64,000 bases of DNA from the IMG/VR virus record IMGVR_UViG_3300031957_001236; one strand, given 5' to 3'. Below are positions 25,207 through 34,981 of the stretch, piece by piece. The DNA is from an uncultured virus (IMG/VR IMGVR_UViG_3300031957_001236) (taxonomy: Duplodnaviria > Heunggongvirae > Uroviricota > Caudoviricetes). Numbering within the stretch: the first letter of the stretch is position 1; the number at the start of each line of letters is the position of its first letter. The translations under genes and the position numbers were made by a program. The notes below the pieces were generated by a model. That model was not told the DNA's origin, searched no databases, and worked only from the letters and a program-made list of their open reading frames with translations.

Positions 25207-25731
25207 ATGGAAGATAATTACGATTTATCTAAACTCAGGACCAAGCCCAAGCGAAAGAATAGTAGAGCGAAGGGTGCGGCCTTCGAGAACAAAGTCGCCA
25301 AAATACTCAATGAAAGATTCGATACAAATGAATTCGCCAGAACACCAGGGTCAGGAGCTTTCGCAACGACACATACGCTACCGAAACATCTACAAATCCA
25401 GGGAGATCTTATCACTCCTCAAGCATTTGCATACATTATAGAATGCAAGAAGGGGTATAACAACCTCGGCTTCAACTCCATGTTAGATTTTCAATCAAAA
25501 CTTTGGGAGTGGATCGAGCATATGGAGCGGGATGCGGCGTCAGCAGAAAAGCTACCGATTCTTTTTATGGCCCAGGATAGACAGCCTATCATATCAATAC
25601 TTAGGTATAAAGAAGAAATAATAAACTATACTGATTCATATAGTACACTAATAAGTAAAGAAGGTATAGAGTACATCATGTTATACATGGATGACCTTCT
25701 TAAGATACACAATCACTTCTTCTTTAAGTGA
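25207..25731 (+). CDS. Holliday junction resolvase, PD-(D/E)XK (Hjc/T5 D14-like)
   Basis: NSRAKGAAFENKVAKIL, RTPGSGA, GDLI, IIECKKG. Confidence 0.8.
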   Translation: MEDNYDLSKLRTKPKRKNSRAKGAAFENKVAKILNERFDTNEFARTPGSGAFATTHTLPKHLQIQGDLITPQAFAYIIECKKGYNNLGFNSMLDFQSKLWEWIEHMERDAASAEKLPILFMAQDRQPIISILRYKEEIINYTDSYSTLISKEGIEYIMLYMDDLLKIHNHFFFK

Positions 25732-27947
25732 CGAGTATTAATGTAGGAATTACATTCAGCCTTTCCCTTACCTGCCTTAAACTCAGTAGATCCGTCCTTA
25801 TCTACAGTCCACTTAGATGCTCCCATGCTGAATCCTCTCTTGGAATCTGGATCGAGCACATCTAGTAAAGGTTCTAGAACCATTTGGTTCTGATTTTCTC
25901 TGTAGGTGTTACCTGTAGACAGAATGTGAATAGATGACATAGGATTCTTACCTGTACTATCCATACCTATGGAGGCTTGTAGTGCTGCAAAAGCTACTAA
26001 CGAGCCTCTTGATTTATTTTTATCAATGTTGCCGTTACTCTTCCTCTTAACTCCCTGCTCCAGGATAAGTCTTTGAATCTCTCTGTCTACAAGACCTACT
26101 GCTTTCTTTCCACCTTCTTTCTCATACTCTTTCATAGCAGCGTTGAGTATTCTCTTCTGCTCACCAGAAATACCAGCCTGCTCAAGTATACCTCTTATCT
26201 GTCCACTAACAAACTTTCTCGCAGCAGTTGGTGACATTGATCCTGTTTTAAAATCCTTAGATAGTAGCTTTGATACACCATCAGAAGCTCTTTTCATTTT
26301 ACCCAAGACTTCTCTACCCTGTACCTTGTCCTCATCAGATAAGCCTAGCTGGTCCCAGATAAAGTCTCCATGCTTGTTACCGTCTTGCAGTAGTCTAGAA
26401 CACTCACCACCTAGATTGTTACCAGTGCCTAACTTAACCTCTCCTTCGTTGATGTAGGTCTTAAGGGAGTCACCCACCATCCAGTAGCTGTCCTGTATCT
26501 CATCACCTGAATCTTTTATAGACTTTTGTACTTCGGGTGACAGATCCTGAAATTTGACTTTTAGCACACTCCCTTGTGGGAGGGCTATGTCTGGTTTCTC
26601 CCGCAGAACATAATCAACATCAGACTTATCTCCTTTGTCAGCAGTACCTCCAACTCGTACAGCATAATCAGGCTTGAGATCCTTTACAAACTTCATAGAG
26701 TTGATCATGTATGTTCTAAGTGGACCTCGTATAGCTTCCTCAATATCACTGGCAAACTTAATACCTAGTCCGTCCATAGCATCAATCATTTCCTGATACT
26801 TCTCGTCTAGAACATGCTCACCGTCCTCCACCATCTTCTTCATAGCAAGAACATTAAATGCTTGGGCTCCGAATCTAGAACCTAGATCTACCAGGATAGC
26901 AGCAGCCTGCTCAGTGTCTCCATTGAAAGCATAGAACGCAGCTATCTGAACATCCTCACTAGCCTCCTTAACTATATTACTTATGTTACCAGACTCCCCT
27001 GAGATGTTAGCTCTAATATCTTTCTCTGGTATGGTCATAGACTCAGAACCTTCAATCTTATCTGTACAAAGAGATGATAGGTTATTGTTATACTGTTGAG
27101 CCATTAAGTTTATAGGGTTCTGATCAGCAACTGATATAGATATACCGAACTTACCAGCCTCAGTAGGGGACGCAAAGAAGTAAGAATTCCTGTTAGGATC
27201 CTTTCTAACTAGGTTAGAAATATCATTGATTTGATCTACGCCCACATCACAGTCGCGTGATTTAGCATAAGCCTTAGCCAGCTTATCCATAGAATCAAGT
27301 GATCCAGCAAGGTTACTGATATCTATATCGTCTAGTGCGAATCCAATAGCGGCTGTCCTCTCAAATCTAACTGCTCCACCTTCTAGTTCTTTTTGAAGGT
27401 TCCAAGCCAGTGATCCGCGACTCATGCCTCCTAAAACTCTTTGAAGGATTTCAGCCTCCGACATGATACCGTCTTCCTCTAGTAGTTTAGCACTCTCAAA
27501 GATAGACTTTAGCTTCTCGGTTGTTCCTGGTAGTAGGTTTTCTAACTCTTCAAGTCTCTGTTGATCCTCTGGTTTAAGTCTACTTAGAACAGGGTCTACA
27601 ACCTCTTGTTGAACTTCCTCTGTGCCACCTCCCTCTTCTGGCTCTGCTTCTCCTGCCAAAAAGGCAGTCAGTGCATCAAACCCTTCGCCTGGAACAACGG
27701 CACCGTTATTGCCTACCTGCTTTGGGAATGTTCCTTTTGGATTATTGCTAAAGTAAGTAGCCCCATCAGATTGTTTTCCTGCTGTCCAGACTAACCCTAC
27801 TGTGTTAGTTGTGGGGTTGGTTACTTGAATAGCTGATTTCTTAGGAACACCCGCAGCACTAGCAACAACCGAAGTGGCATCCTGTGGCTGTGCTTGCTCA
27901 TTGAGTTTAGAGTAACTCTTTAGTAGTAGTTTAGCGAAGTTTATCAT
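25713..27947 (-). CDS. Large hypothetical protein, probably internal head protein
   Basis: 744 aa; N-terminal ...SKLNEQ; KSDV...DSLK motif. Confidence 0.55.
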   Translation of the reverse strand: MINFAKLLLKSYSKLNEQAQPQDATSVVASAAGVPKKSAIQVTNPTTNTVGLVWTAGKQSDGATYFSNNPKGTFPKQVGNNGAVVPGEGFDALTAFLAGEAEPEEGGGTEEVQQEVVDPVLSRLKPEDQQRLEELENLLPGTTEKLKSIFESAKLLEEDGIMSEAEILQRVLGGMSRGSLAWNLQKELEGGAVRFERTAAIGFALDDIDISNLAGSLDSMDKLAKAYAKSRDCDVGVDQINDISNLVRKDPNRNSYFFASPTEAGKFGISISVADQNPINLMAQQYNNNLSSLCTDKIEGSESMTIPEKDIRANISGESGNISNIVKEASEDVQIAAFYAFNGDTEQAAAILVDLGSRFGAQAFNVLAMKKMVEDGEHVLDEKYQEMIDAMDGLGIKFASDIEEAIRGPLRTYMINSMKFVKDLKPDYAVRVGGTADKGDKSDVDYVLREKPDIALPQGSVLKVKFQDLSPEVQKSIKDSGDEIQDSYWMVGDSLKTYINEGEVKLGTGNNLGGECSRLLQDGNKHGDFIWDQLGLSDEDKVQGREVLGKMKRASDGVSKLLSKDFKTGSMSPTAARKFVSGQIRGILEQAGISGEQKRILNAAMKEYEKEGGKKAVGLVDREIQRLILEQGVKRKSNGNIDKNKSRGSLVAFAALQASIGMDSTGKNPMSSIHILSTGNTYRENQNQMVLEPLLDVLDPDSKRGFSMGASKWTVDKDGSTEFKAGKGKAECNSYINTRHLKKK

Positions 27948-27963
27948 TTTACTATATTATATT

Positions 27964-27997
27964 AAAAGACCCAACCCAACATTAGCTGGGTTGGGTC
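27964..27997 (-). terminator. Rho-independent terminator after the tail tube gene
   Basis: GACCCAACCCA...TGGGTTGGGTC stem followed by TTTT on the minus strand. Confidence 0.8.
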
Positions 27998-28017
27998 AAC
28001 CTACTTTCTATACTCTA

Positions 28018-28611
28018 TCACGCGGTAGTGTCGCCTTCAATGATAAAGAAATCGTATCTGAATGTTACTTCAATGGTATCGAACTCGTTGGTAGAGTAGT
28101 TCTTCTCAGCTTTTGTGAACTTCTTAGGATAAAGACCCTTGAACTTTACAAGCTGTACAGGCTCATTACGACCATTAAGTTCGATAAGCTCTGCGTTGAG
28201 CTTGAACTGACCAGGGGCCTGAAGGAATGCAGAACCGTACTCCCCTGTGATAGGATCGAAGACTGTTCTCATGTACTTGTAAAGCTGATGACCAGTCTTG
28301 GTTGCTAGAAGGTTATCAAAGGTTACTACTAGCTCCTCTTGAGAGGGTCTACCAGGGTAGTAAACCTTGTCGTTAACTCGACCAACCTCGATGTCCTCAA
28401 CTTGGTAACCTATACCGTTTACCTGCTTTGCAGCTAAGGTTAAAGGCTTAGAGAAGGTTTGAGGAACTTCAATCTCGTTTGGAGGGAAGAAGGTCATCTC
28501 CCACTGATATGTTCTTACGGAATCAAGATCTTGTGAGATAACAGGTAGACCTTCACTTTCAGAAAGGTCTCTGTTTAATTGTGTAGCGTAGTAAGAATTT
28601 CTAACTGGCAT
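28018..28611 (-). CDS. Tail tube protein, gp19-like
   Basis: Directly after the sheath gene; VYYPGRP, VTFD, GLYP, IEVTFRYDFF. Confidence 0.85.
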   Translation of the reverse strand: MPVRNSYYATQLNRDLSESEGLPVISQDLDSVRTYQWEMTFFPPNEIEVPQTFSKPLTLAAKQVNGIGYQVEDIEVGRVNDKVYYPGRPSQEELVVTFDNLLATKTGHQLYKYMRTVFDPITGEYGSAFLQAPGQFKLNAELIELNGRNEPVQLVKFKGLYPKKFTKAEKNYSTNEFDTIEVTFRYDFFIIEGDTTA

Positions 28612-28629
28612 GATTTAATCCTCTATTTA

Positions 28630-30735
28630 TCAGGAAGATAGGTTAGCTGATTGGCTAACTAGGTTAAGCTCAAAGACAACGATCTCAGCAGCTTTTGTAG
28701 GCTTGATTAAAACTTTACACCAGAGTTCGTTTCTGTCAACTCGTACAGGTGTGTTAGTAGTTTCATCACAGACAACCTTGAACTCTGTGATACCTCTTCT
28801 TCTGCGAATGTCATCGAGAAGGGGTTGGACAACATTCACTACGCGATCCCAGGTGGTAGAATCGTTAGGCTCGAACACGAACTGACGAGTGGATGCGAGA
28901 AGAATCTTACGAATGATAATCATAAGTCTACGAACATTTACTCTGTCAAGAGCCGAGGCAGTTCTTTGCGCGGTTCTCTGACCGAAGATTGTTAGCCCTT
29001 GTTGAGGGAAGTTAACAAGAGGGTTAACAACATTTCCACCGCTGTACATAGTGTCACGGTCACCTTGGTTTATAGCAACCTCTACATCAACTGGTTTAGT
29101 AAGTCTACCTCTAATGTAACCAGCAGGAGCAAACCAAGCCTCTGCTACTTCATCAGTGAAGCACATCTGTCTTATAGCAAAGATTGCAGGGTCGTACCAG
29201 CGATCAATCTGAGAGAACTGATCGTAAACCTTAACCCAAGGCCAGTAGATTGCGGCATAGTTGCTGCTTATGGCTGCGTTTCTATAGGTTGAAAGACCGT
29301 TACTCCAATCAATAGCTTGTTGAACTCCACCTATACCGTAAGGAGGAGCAACTACTGCTATAAAGTTCTGAGTGCTCTCAGCTAAAGTTATAAGAGTGTT
29401 CTGAACACTGGTTAAGTATACACCAGGAACAGCAGCCATTGAGATGTTAAGAAGGTCATCATCAAGAGCGTAGATGCCTGTCTTATCAGCAGTGTTACCT
29501 ATAAGAGCAGCCTCCCTATCAATACTGGTTGCTGGGATACCGCTGTTACCTCCAGACATGCTAACAGTGCCCTGTAGAATCTTAGCGAATCGTGGGTTAA
29601 CAGCAGCCTCGGATGCGTTGGCAAGGGTTTTTGAAACAGAAGCCGCAGTCTCACCTGAGTAGCCTCCACCCGTTCCTTCTACTTCTCCGCAGCCTATGGA
29701 CTGAATGCCATCGTAGAAAGCGGGGATTGCGGCGGCAGTGAAGTCTACACTCTCAGAGAAGAAGTTAGCCTTGATGTAGGCAGACTTAGCATCAACCTCA
29801 CCAGTGTTGATAACATCCTCAGCGAACGCACCAGATGCGATGAGAGATATATCAAAAGACTCAACGGCAGCACCGTTGTTGTTAACTTGTAGGCTGAGAG
29901 TAGGTCCTCCAGCAGGGAGAATCTCTATTGTATTTCCAGAAACACTACCGTCACTCTTAAGACCATAGTTATAACCGTTACCTGCGTAGAGGGATTCTAC
30001 TTGGTATGAGATTGATCCAGCACCAGACTTGATGAAGGACATTCCAGTTACGGTAAGAGTGGCACACTTATCAGCAGCAACATCGGCACCGCTAACGCTC
30101 TGAGGTACAAGTGCGTCTACTTTAGTCGTATATGTAGCGTCACTGTATGCACTTACAGAAAGAGTAGCCCCTGAACCAGCGTAGCTACCTACCATCCAAC
30201 CAGTAGTAAGGTCAGTAGGATCAAAGTGGAATGCTATTTTTGAGCTTCTAAGACCACCACCTAAAACTTGAGATAGAGCATAGGCTTGGGTGCTTGCTGT
30301 TCCAGCAGGGATAGCAAAGCTTCGTGGAGAGCTAAACTGTGAAAGACCCTGGTTGTCTGTAACTTGAACCTTTAGGTATAGAGGGTTAGTAACTCCATAA
30401 GAGTTAGCGTCAATCGCCATGGAAGGAGCGGAACCCAACCCTAAGGTTGCAGAGGCGTCAGCTTTTGTATCATCATCGACGGCTCTTACAAAGTATACTG
30501 AGTTGGTAGCCTCAAGGATTTCTAAAGCACCTTCAAGACCCTGACCATAAATACCTTCAGAAGGCTCACCAAAGGTTTGAATGAGGCGCTCCTGACTGGT
30601 AATAAGGGTTGGGATGTTCTCAGGACCCTTGTTGGCAAATCCAACAAGACCCACAACAGAAGGGTTAATTGATACAGGGTAGTCAGAGATATCTTTCTCT
30701 AGGACATAAACACCAGGACTCACGAAGTTTGCCAT
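28630..30735 (-). CDS. Contractile tail sheath protein, gp18-like
   Basis: FVSPGVYVLEKDIS, YWPWV, WFAPAGYIRG, FGQRT, DRVNVRRL, FEPND, VCDETTNTP. Confidence 0.96.
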   Translation of the reverse strand: MANFVSPGVYVLEKDISDYPVSINPSVVGLVGFANKGPENIPTLITSQERLIQTFGEPSEGIYGQGLEGALEILEATNSVYFVRAVDDDTKADASATLGLGSAPSMAIDANSYGVTNPLYLKVQVTDNQGLSQFSSPRSFAIPAGTASTQAYALSQVLGGGLRSSKIAFHFDPTDLTTGWMVGSYAGSGATLSVSAYSDATYTTKVDALVPQSVSGADVAADKCATLTVTGMSFIKSGAGSISYQVESLYAGNGYNYGLKSDGSVSGNTIEILPAGGPTLSLQVNNNGAAVESFDISLIASGAFAEDVINTGEVDAKSAYIKANFFSESVDFTAAAIPAFYDGIQSIGCGEVEGTGGGYSGETAASVSKTLANASEAAVNPRFAKILQGTVSMSGGNSGIPATSIDREAALIGNTADKTGIYALDDDLLNISMAAVPGVYLTSVQNTLITLAESTQNFIAVVAPPYGIGGVQQAIDWSNGLSTYRNAAISSNYAAIYWPWVKVYDQFSQIDRWYDPAIFAIRQMCFTDEVAEAWFAPAGYIRGRLTKPVDVEVAINQGDRDTMYSGGNVVNPLVNFPQQGLTIFGQRTAQRTASALDRVNVRRLMIIIRKILLASTRQFVFEPNDSTTWDRVVNVVQPLLDDIRRRRGITEFKVVCDETTNTPVRVDRNELWCKVLIKPTKAAEIVVFELNLVSQSANLSS

Positions 30736-30745
30736 TTAATTTACC

Positions 30746-30925
30746 TCAAGCATTCTTTATTTTGAAGATTCTACGCTTGGCGCAGTTGATTACTTGCTCC
30801 GTGATGTAGGACTCAGGAACAACTATTGTTTTTTTAGGAGACATCCAAACAGTTTCCAAACCTTTCTCTGTCATGAGAAAAATGTCGAAGGCTTGTAGGC
30901 TGTTATTTGTAATTGATTTCATCAT
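30746..30925 (-). CDS. Small hypothetical protein (59 aa, MMKSITNNSLQAFDIFL...KRRIFKIKNA)
   Basis: Below the ORF-track cutoff; AGGAG SD and TATATA motif upstream; fills the gap between gp15-like and sheath genes. Confidence 0.7.
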   Translation of the reverse strand: MMKSITNNSLQAFDIFLMTEKGLETVWMSPKKTIVVPESYITEQVINCAKRRIFKIKNA

Positions 30926-30979
30926 AATTGAACTCCTATTGTATATACCGTCCCCACCCCTGTTTTTGGAAAAGTTTTT

Positions 30980-31747
30980 TTAAGGCATGAACCACGCTTC
31001 TGTATTGAAGTATTCTATCTTCCCTGTGTTAGTTACCTTAAACTTAGGGCTAGGAATATAAGCCTCAACTGACAGGTTAAATGTCTTCCGTATGAGTCTA
31101 TCTTCTTTGTCTCCTACCTCAGAAACAGATGCGTCAGTCTCGGATACTAAGAAGGTCTTAACCACTTCAGAGAAAGGGGTTATTAGGTTCATGCTAGGAT
31201 TAAACTTCATACGAATTGAAGCTGATAGTTGATCCATATCAGAGACATACTTAGTCCACAGATTCAGTGAGTATTCAAGCTTAACTGGGACATCAGCAAA
31301 ACTAATCACTCTCTCGGCTCTTTGAGTATCGTGGTTCCAAATCTTTCTTTGTATAAGAACAGGCTCAAACCTTCTTTTACCTACATCTTCAGACACATTA
31401 GTCATGAGGACTGAGGCATAAGGAAGTATTAGGTTGTTCTCCTGGAACATCTTAGCGACAGCACGCTCTGATCTTCCGTGATGCATGGACACTGTTTGGA
31501 CTCTTTCTTGATCGTCAACATAGTAAAGGTTGAACTGAGAGAGTAAGGCTCTAAGTATCTCCTTGTATACTTTGTTTGAGAACCTAGCATCCTTCATGAT
31601 CTCATAGATTCTATTTTGAAATAAAAGATTAGTAGATCTTCCTCTGGGTAAGTTAGAGAGTTTAACATCAGTCCTCTCAACCATTTCAGACAAGATTTCT
31701 TCTATGGTCTTACCAGTAAAAACGCTTTCTATGTAGTCATCATTCAA
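30980..31747 (-). CDS. Tail terminator/sheath stabiliser, gp15-like
   Basis: LILPYAS...DVPVKLEYSLNLWTKY..DMDQL...FNP; synteny with gp13/14/18. Confidence 0.75.
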   Translation of the reverse strand: MNDDYIESVFTGKTIEEILSEMVERTDVKLSNLPRGRSTNLLFQNRIYEIMKDARFSNKVYKEILRALLSQFNLYYVDDQERVQTVSMHHGRSERAVAKMFQENNLILPYASVLMTNVSEDVGKRRFEPVLIQRKIWNHDTQRAERVISFADVPVKLEYSLNLWTKYVSDMDQLSASIRMKFNPSMNLITPFSEVVKTFLVSETDASVSEVGDKEDRLIRKTFNLSVEAYIPSPKFKVTNTGKIEYFNTEAWFMP

Positions 31748-32303
31748 GATCTAAGTACCCCCCAACATCATCTGCTCTATCAGTAAGAGCTTGGTTTTGA
31801 GATTCCTCATCGTCACGAAGGAGTTTGGCGGTACAGACTAGGTGATAAACACCATACATCTCGAAGCTATCCTCTTGGACTTCAGTGATCTCATACTTTT
31901 GATTTTGAAACTGAGGTTGTATTCTATCTCCCACCTTAGGAGTTCTACTAAGCTCTGCTTCAATGTAAGACTTATTGAACACGAACATTTGATCGTTCGT
32001 TAGCTCAATACCAAAGTTTGATAGGACCTCCTCGACAACACTAGGCTCATAATGTCCATAGACTAGCAGTGGTTCAGAAACTACAGCCTTGTTCTTAGCC
32101 TCTAAATACACATCGTCATAGCTATCCTGTATGTAAGCCTTGAAGTATTTTAAAGGAGAACCAGAGATTCTTATTATCTCATCGTCTATAAGGTTGAACA
32201 GGTTAACATCAGGGTTGTTAGGATCGTAGAAAGACAGTGGAGTCCCTCCCTCCAACTTAGGAAGGTTTTGCATCTGCCTGTTAACTTTGAATCTCTTTGC
32301 CAT
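31740..32303 (-). CDS. Neck protein, gp14-like
   Basis: DEIIRISG...DDVYLE...LSNFGIE...PKVGDRI...YEITEV; synteny. Confidence 0.75.
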   Translation of the reverse strand: MAKRFKVNRQMQNLPKLEGGTPLSFYDPNNPDVNLFNLIDDEIIRISGSPLKYFKAYIQDSYDDVYLEAKNKAVVSEPLLVYGHYEPSVVEEVLSNFGIELTNDQMFVFNKSYIEAELSRTPKVGDRIQPQFQNQKYEITEVQEDSFEMYGVYHLVCTAKLLRDDEESQNQALTDRADDVGGYLDLE

Positions 32304-33175
32304 CAGCCTGTAGTAAACATGGGAGGTTCTTCAACCTCGTTCATTAGCTCGTCCTTTAATGTAGCCTTCTCTTGAATGGCCTCCTGAACAAGCTGTGCTC
32401 CATTGAGTTGGGTGCCCCCACCTGGGCCAGGAACGACTGCGAACTTGCCTCTAATCTGCCCTAGGAGCATCTTAGCGCAGGCACCAGCGTACTTCTGTAT
32501 CCAGTTCCTCATCTTAGGGGTCATGGTCATGGAGTTGATGCCTCTGTATTCAAGAATAGCTACATCCCCTATGGCAGGAGTTGGGTAAAGCTGAAGGTAT
32601 TTGCCATCAAGAATATCCCATCCACCGTCTTGACCTAGAACTCGTCTAGTAGTTTCCATTGTAGACTGGAGAAGATAGTAATCACCTATTCCAAAGTTGT
32701 CGAATAGGTAGTTGTCTTGGAAATACTTGATGAAGAAATCGAATTCTAATGTGCCTGCTTGAGACTGAATACTCAGTAAGCTTTTCTTAAAGGTTACATA
32801 GGAAAGGTTCTTTAAGATATAATTAGGGATTTCGTATACATTGGTCCCAGCAGAAGTGTTAAACGCTGCAAACTGTCTAGTAAAATGAGGAGCGTGGTAG
32901 TCTAGTTCAGTGATAGCTTCATCAATACACATCTTTAACTGATGGTCTACAAGCTCAACCCTTACAACAGGGTGACCTAAAATGGCTAACACATAGTCTC
33001 TAACCTGCTGCTCAAACTCAGTAAATTCTACAAGGTCAGTCTGCTTAGTCTTGTTAAGGTTATCTACATCTATCTCATCCCTATCAGGAGATTGATGATC
33101 ATTCAGATTCTGACTCGCTAGGTTCGAGAAGCTGTTCCCGTATGTCGTTACTGTTGGTCTTCCGACTATTGCCAC
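32303..33175 (-). CDS. Neck protein, gp13-like
   Basis: LGHPVVRVELVDHQL..CIDEA, WIQKY...LGQIRGKF..VPGPGGGTQLNG, PPMFTTG; GTG start after AGGAG. Confidence 0.85.
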   Translation of the reverse strand: MAIVGRPTVTTYGNSFSNLASQNLNDHQSPDRDEIDVDNLNKTKQTDLVEFTEFEQQVRDYVLAILGHPVVRVELVDHQLKMCIDEAITELDYHAPHFTRQFAAFNTSAGTNVYEIPNYILKNLSYVTFKKSLLSIQSQAGTLEFDFFIKYFQDNYLFDNFGIGDYYLLQSTMETTRRVLGQDGGWDILDGKYLQLYPTPAIGDVAILEYRGINSMTMTPKMRNWIQKYAGACAKMLLGQIRGKFAVVPGPGGGTQLNGAQLVQEAIQEKATLKDELMNEVEEPPMFTTG

Positions 33176-33347
33176 TTGATCTCCTCCGTTTAATAGGTTT
33201 TTCTTTTACAGGGCTGATGAGTTTTAAATACTGATAGCTTAACTCTACAGAGGATTCTATGATCTGATTTGGCCTAACCTCTGTTATTTCGTTCTCAATG
33301 TTCAATAACATGGAGAATTTACAAGTGCTCCTGTACTTATACATCAT
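33099..33347 (-). CDS. Small hypothetical protein
   Basis: 82 aa ORF with TATATA motif upstream; overlaps the gp13-like start. Confidence 0.55.
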   Translation of the reverse strand: MMYKYRSTCKFSMLLNIENEITEVRPNQIIESSVELSYQYLKLISPVKEKPIKRRRSSGNSRKTNSNDIREQLLEPSESESE

Positions 33348-33368
33348 TAGTATATAGTGCTTTTAAAT

Positions 33369-33407
33369 AAAAAAGAAGCCCACTCCCCAGATTTTGAGGA
33401 GTGGGCT
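33369..33407 (-). terminator. Rho-independent terminator after the major capsid gene
   Basis: AGCCCACTCC...GGAGTGGGCT stem followed by TCTTTTTT on the minus strand. Confidence 0.85.
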
Positions 33408-33425
33408 CTAATTATTGGTCACCTA

Positions 33426-34955
33426 TCAGGCGTTCTTGAAGGGGATGCTTAGTCCACCGTCACCAACAATTCTGATGATTCTGTAGAATCTTGATGCTGG
33501 AGCAATCGCAACCTTACCGTAACGGGTAAGGATACCCTTTCTGGGCTGGAAGCTCTCAGGATCAGTGATGGTGGGTAGAGCCTGGAAGGGGATGTATGGA
33601 GCATACACGAAACCACCGTCCATGGGGCTACCGCCCTTATAACCCATCATGATCTCACCCTCTGGGTAGAGGGGGTCAACATACAGATCGTAGCGACCCA
33701 TGAACTTACCACGGTACTGAATAGTGCCAGGACCGAAGTTAGTTGGGCCATCACCTTTCTCGATGCCACCAGTTAGGCGAGAAGCGGTCTCAAGAAGAAC
33801 TGCAACAACGGGGGAGCAGATCATCCAGTTACCAGCACCACGCTGAGTAGTCTTGTAGATATCCTGCGAAGCAAGGTTGATAACTGCAAGAAGGTTAGCG
33901 TAGATGTCACCGATATGGCGAGGAGCAAGGTTAAGTGCGCTTGAGTTGAAATCAATCAGGAACACATTCTTGTTGTTGGTGCTAACACCAGGAAGACCAA
34001 GATCAGAACCGTCAGTACCAAGGAATTGGAACTCACCAAAGCTTGAGTCATTATCACCACCAGTGGTGTTGGCCTCACCGTGGAAGTTCATGACATTGGT
34101 GTTGTTAGGCTGATCTAACATACCGTACTTGAACATACCAGCAGAAGTGGTGAGATCGTAAGCAAGACCACGAAGGTCTTCGATAAGCTCACGGTCAACC
34201 TCAAGACGAATCTCCTTACCAAGAAGATCAGTAAGCTCGCGCTCAAGATCTAGGTTGTGGTAAGCCTTAAGGTCTTGTGAAGCCTCAAGGGTCCAGAGGG
34301 CACGCATCTTCTTGGTGCGTGCGATGACAGCCTGCTGCTCGATGTGAAGGCTAACCTCAGGAATGCCAGTACCAGTGAGAAGCTCGCCAGCGGAAACTGA
34401 CCAACCGTGACCACCAGAAGCGGGACCAGTGTTAGGCCACTTGGAGATGGCAGAAGCCATGTTGGCACCATCAGTGAAAGTACCAGATAGGGCAGAAACA
34501 CCGAACTCCTGAGAGGAGGGGAAGGCGTCACCATCAACATCAACACCTTCAGTAGAAGGGTTAACTCTACCAGTGGTAAGACCACGGTAGGTTAGGTTGT
34601 ACTTGCTGTAGAGAGTTTCACGGTCAGCACCGTAAGCTCTGCTAGAACCAAGGTAGAATACCTGTGAGACTGGACCGCTCATAGGCTGGACGCTAACAAG
34701 GCTGTTAGCGATTAGTTCGGGGAAGACCCGGCGAACGAGAGGGAATGCAAACTTCTGGAAAGTACCAAGGGCACCAACGGTGGTGGTTCCACCACCAACA
34801 GCGGCTTCGTCAACGCGATCCTGCTGGGCTGCCTTAAGTTGGTTCTCCAAAAGTTGTGCAGTTACTCTCTTGGTATAATCGTTTTCGATGCCGTCTAGTG
34901 CAGGACCCCACTTTGCAGTAAGCTCATCACTGGCACCCATTTCCATAATATCCAT
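33426..34955 (-). CDS. Major capsid protein, T4 gp23-like
   Basis: LLENQ, PLVRRVFPELIA..LVSVQPMSGP, ARTKKMRALWTLEASQDLKAYH, RGAGNW, YAPYIP, DPESFQPRKGILTRYG. Confidence 0.96.
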   Translation of the reverse strand: MDIMEMGASDELTAKWGPALDGIENDYTKRVTAQLLENQLKAAQQDRVDEAAVGGGTTTVGALGTFQKFAFPLVRRVFPELIANSLVSVQPMSGPVSQVFYLGSSRAYGADRETLYSKYNLTYRGLTTGRVNPSTEGVDVDGDAFPSSQEFGVSALSGTFTDGANMASAISKWPNTGPASGGHGWSVSAGELLTGTGIPEVSLHIEQQAVIARTKKMRALWTLEASQDLKAYHNLDLERELTDLLGKEIRLEVDRELIEDLRGLAYDLTTSAGMFKYGMLDQPNNTNVMNFHGEANTTGGDNDSSFGEFQFLGTDGSDLGLPGVSTNNKNVFLIDFNSSALNLAPRHIGDIYANLLAVINLASQDIYKTTQRGAGNWMICSPVVAVLLETASRLTGGIEKGDGPTNFGPGTIQYRGKFMGRYDLYVDPLYPEGEIMMGYKGGSPMDGGFVYAPYIPFQALPTITDPESFQPRKGILTRYGKVAIAPASRFYRIIRIVGDGGLSIPFKNA

Positions 34956-34981
34956 AACTACAACTCCTTAAAGTTATACGC

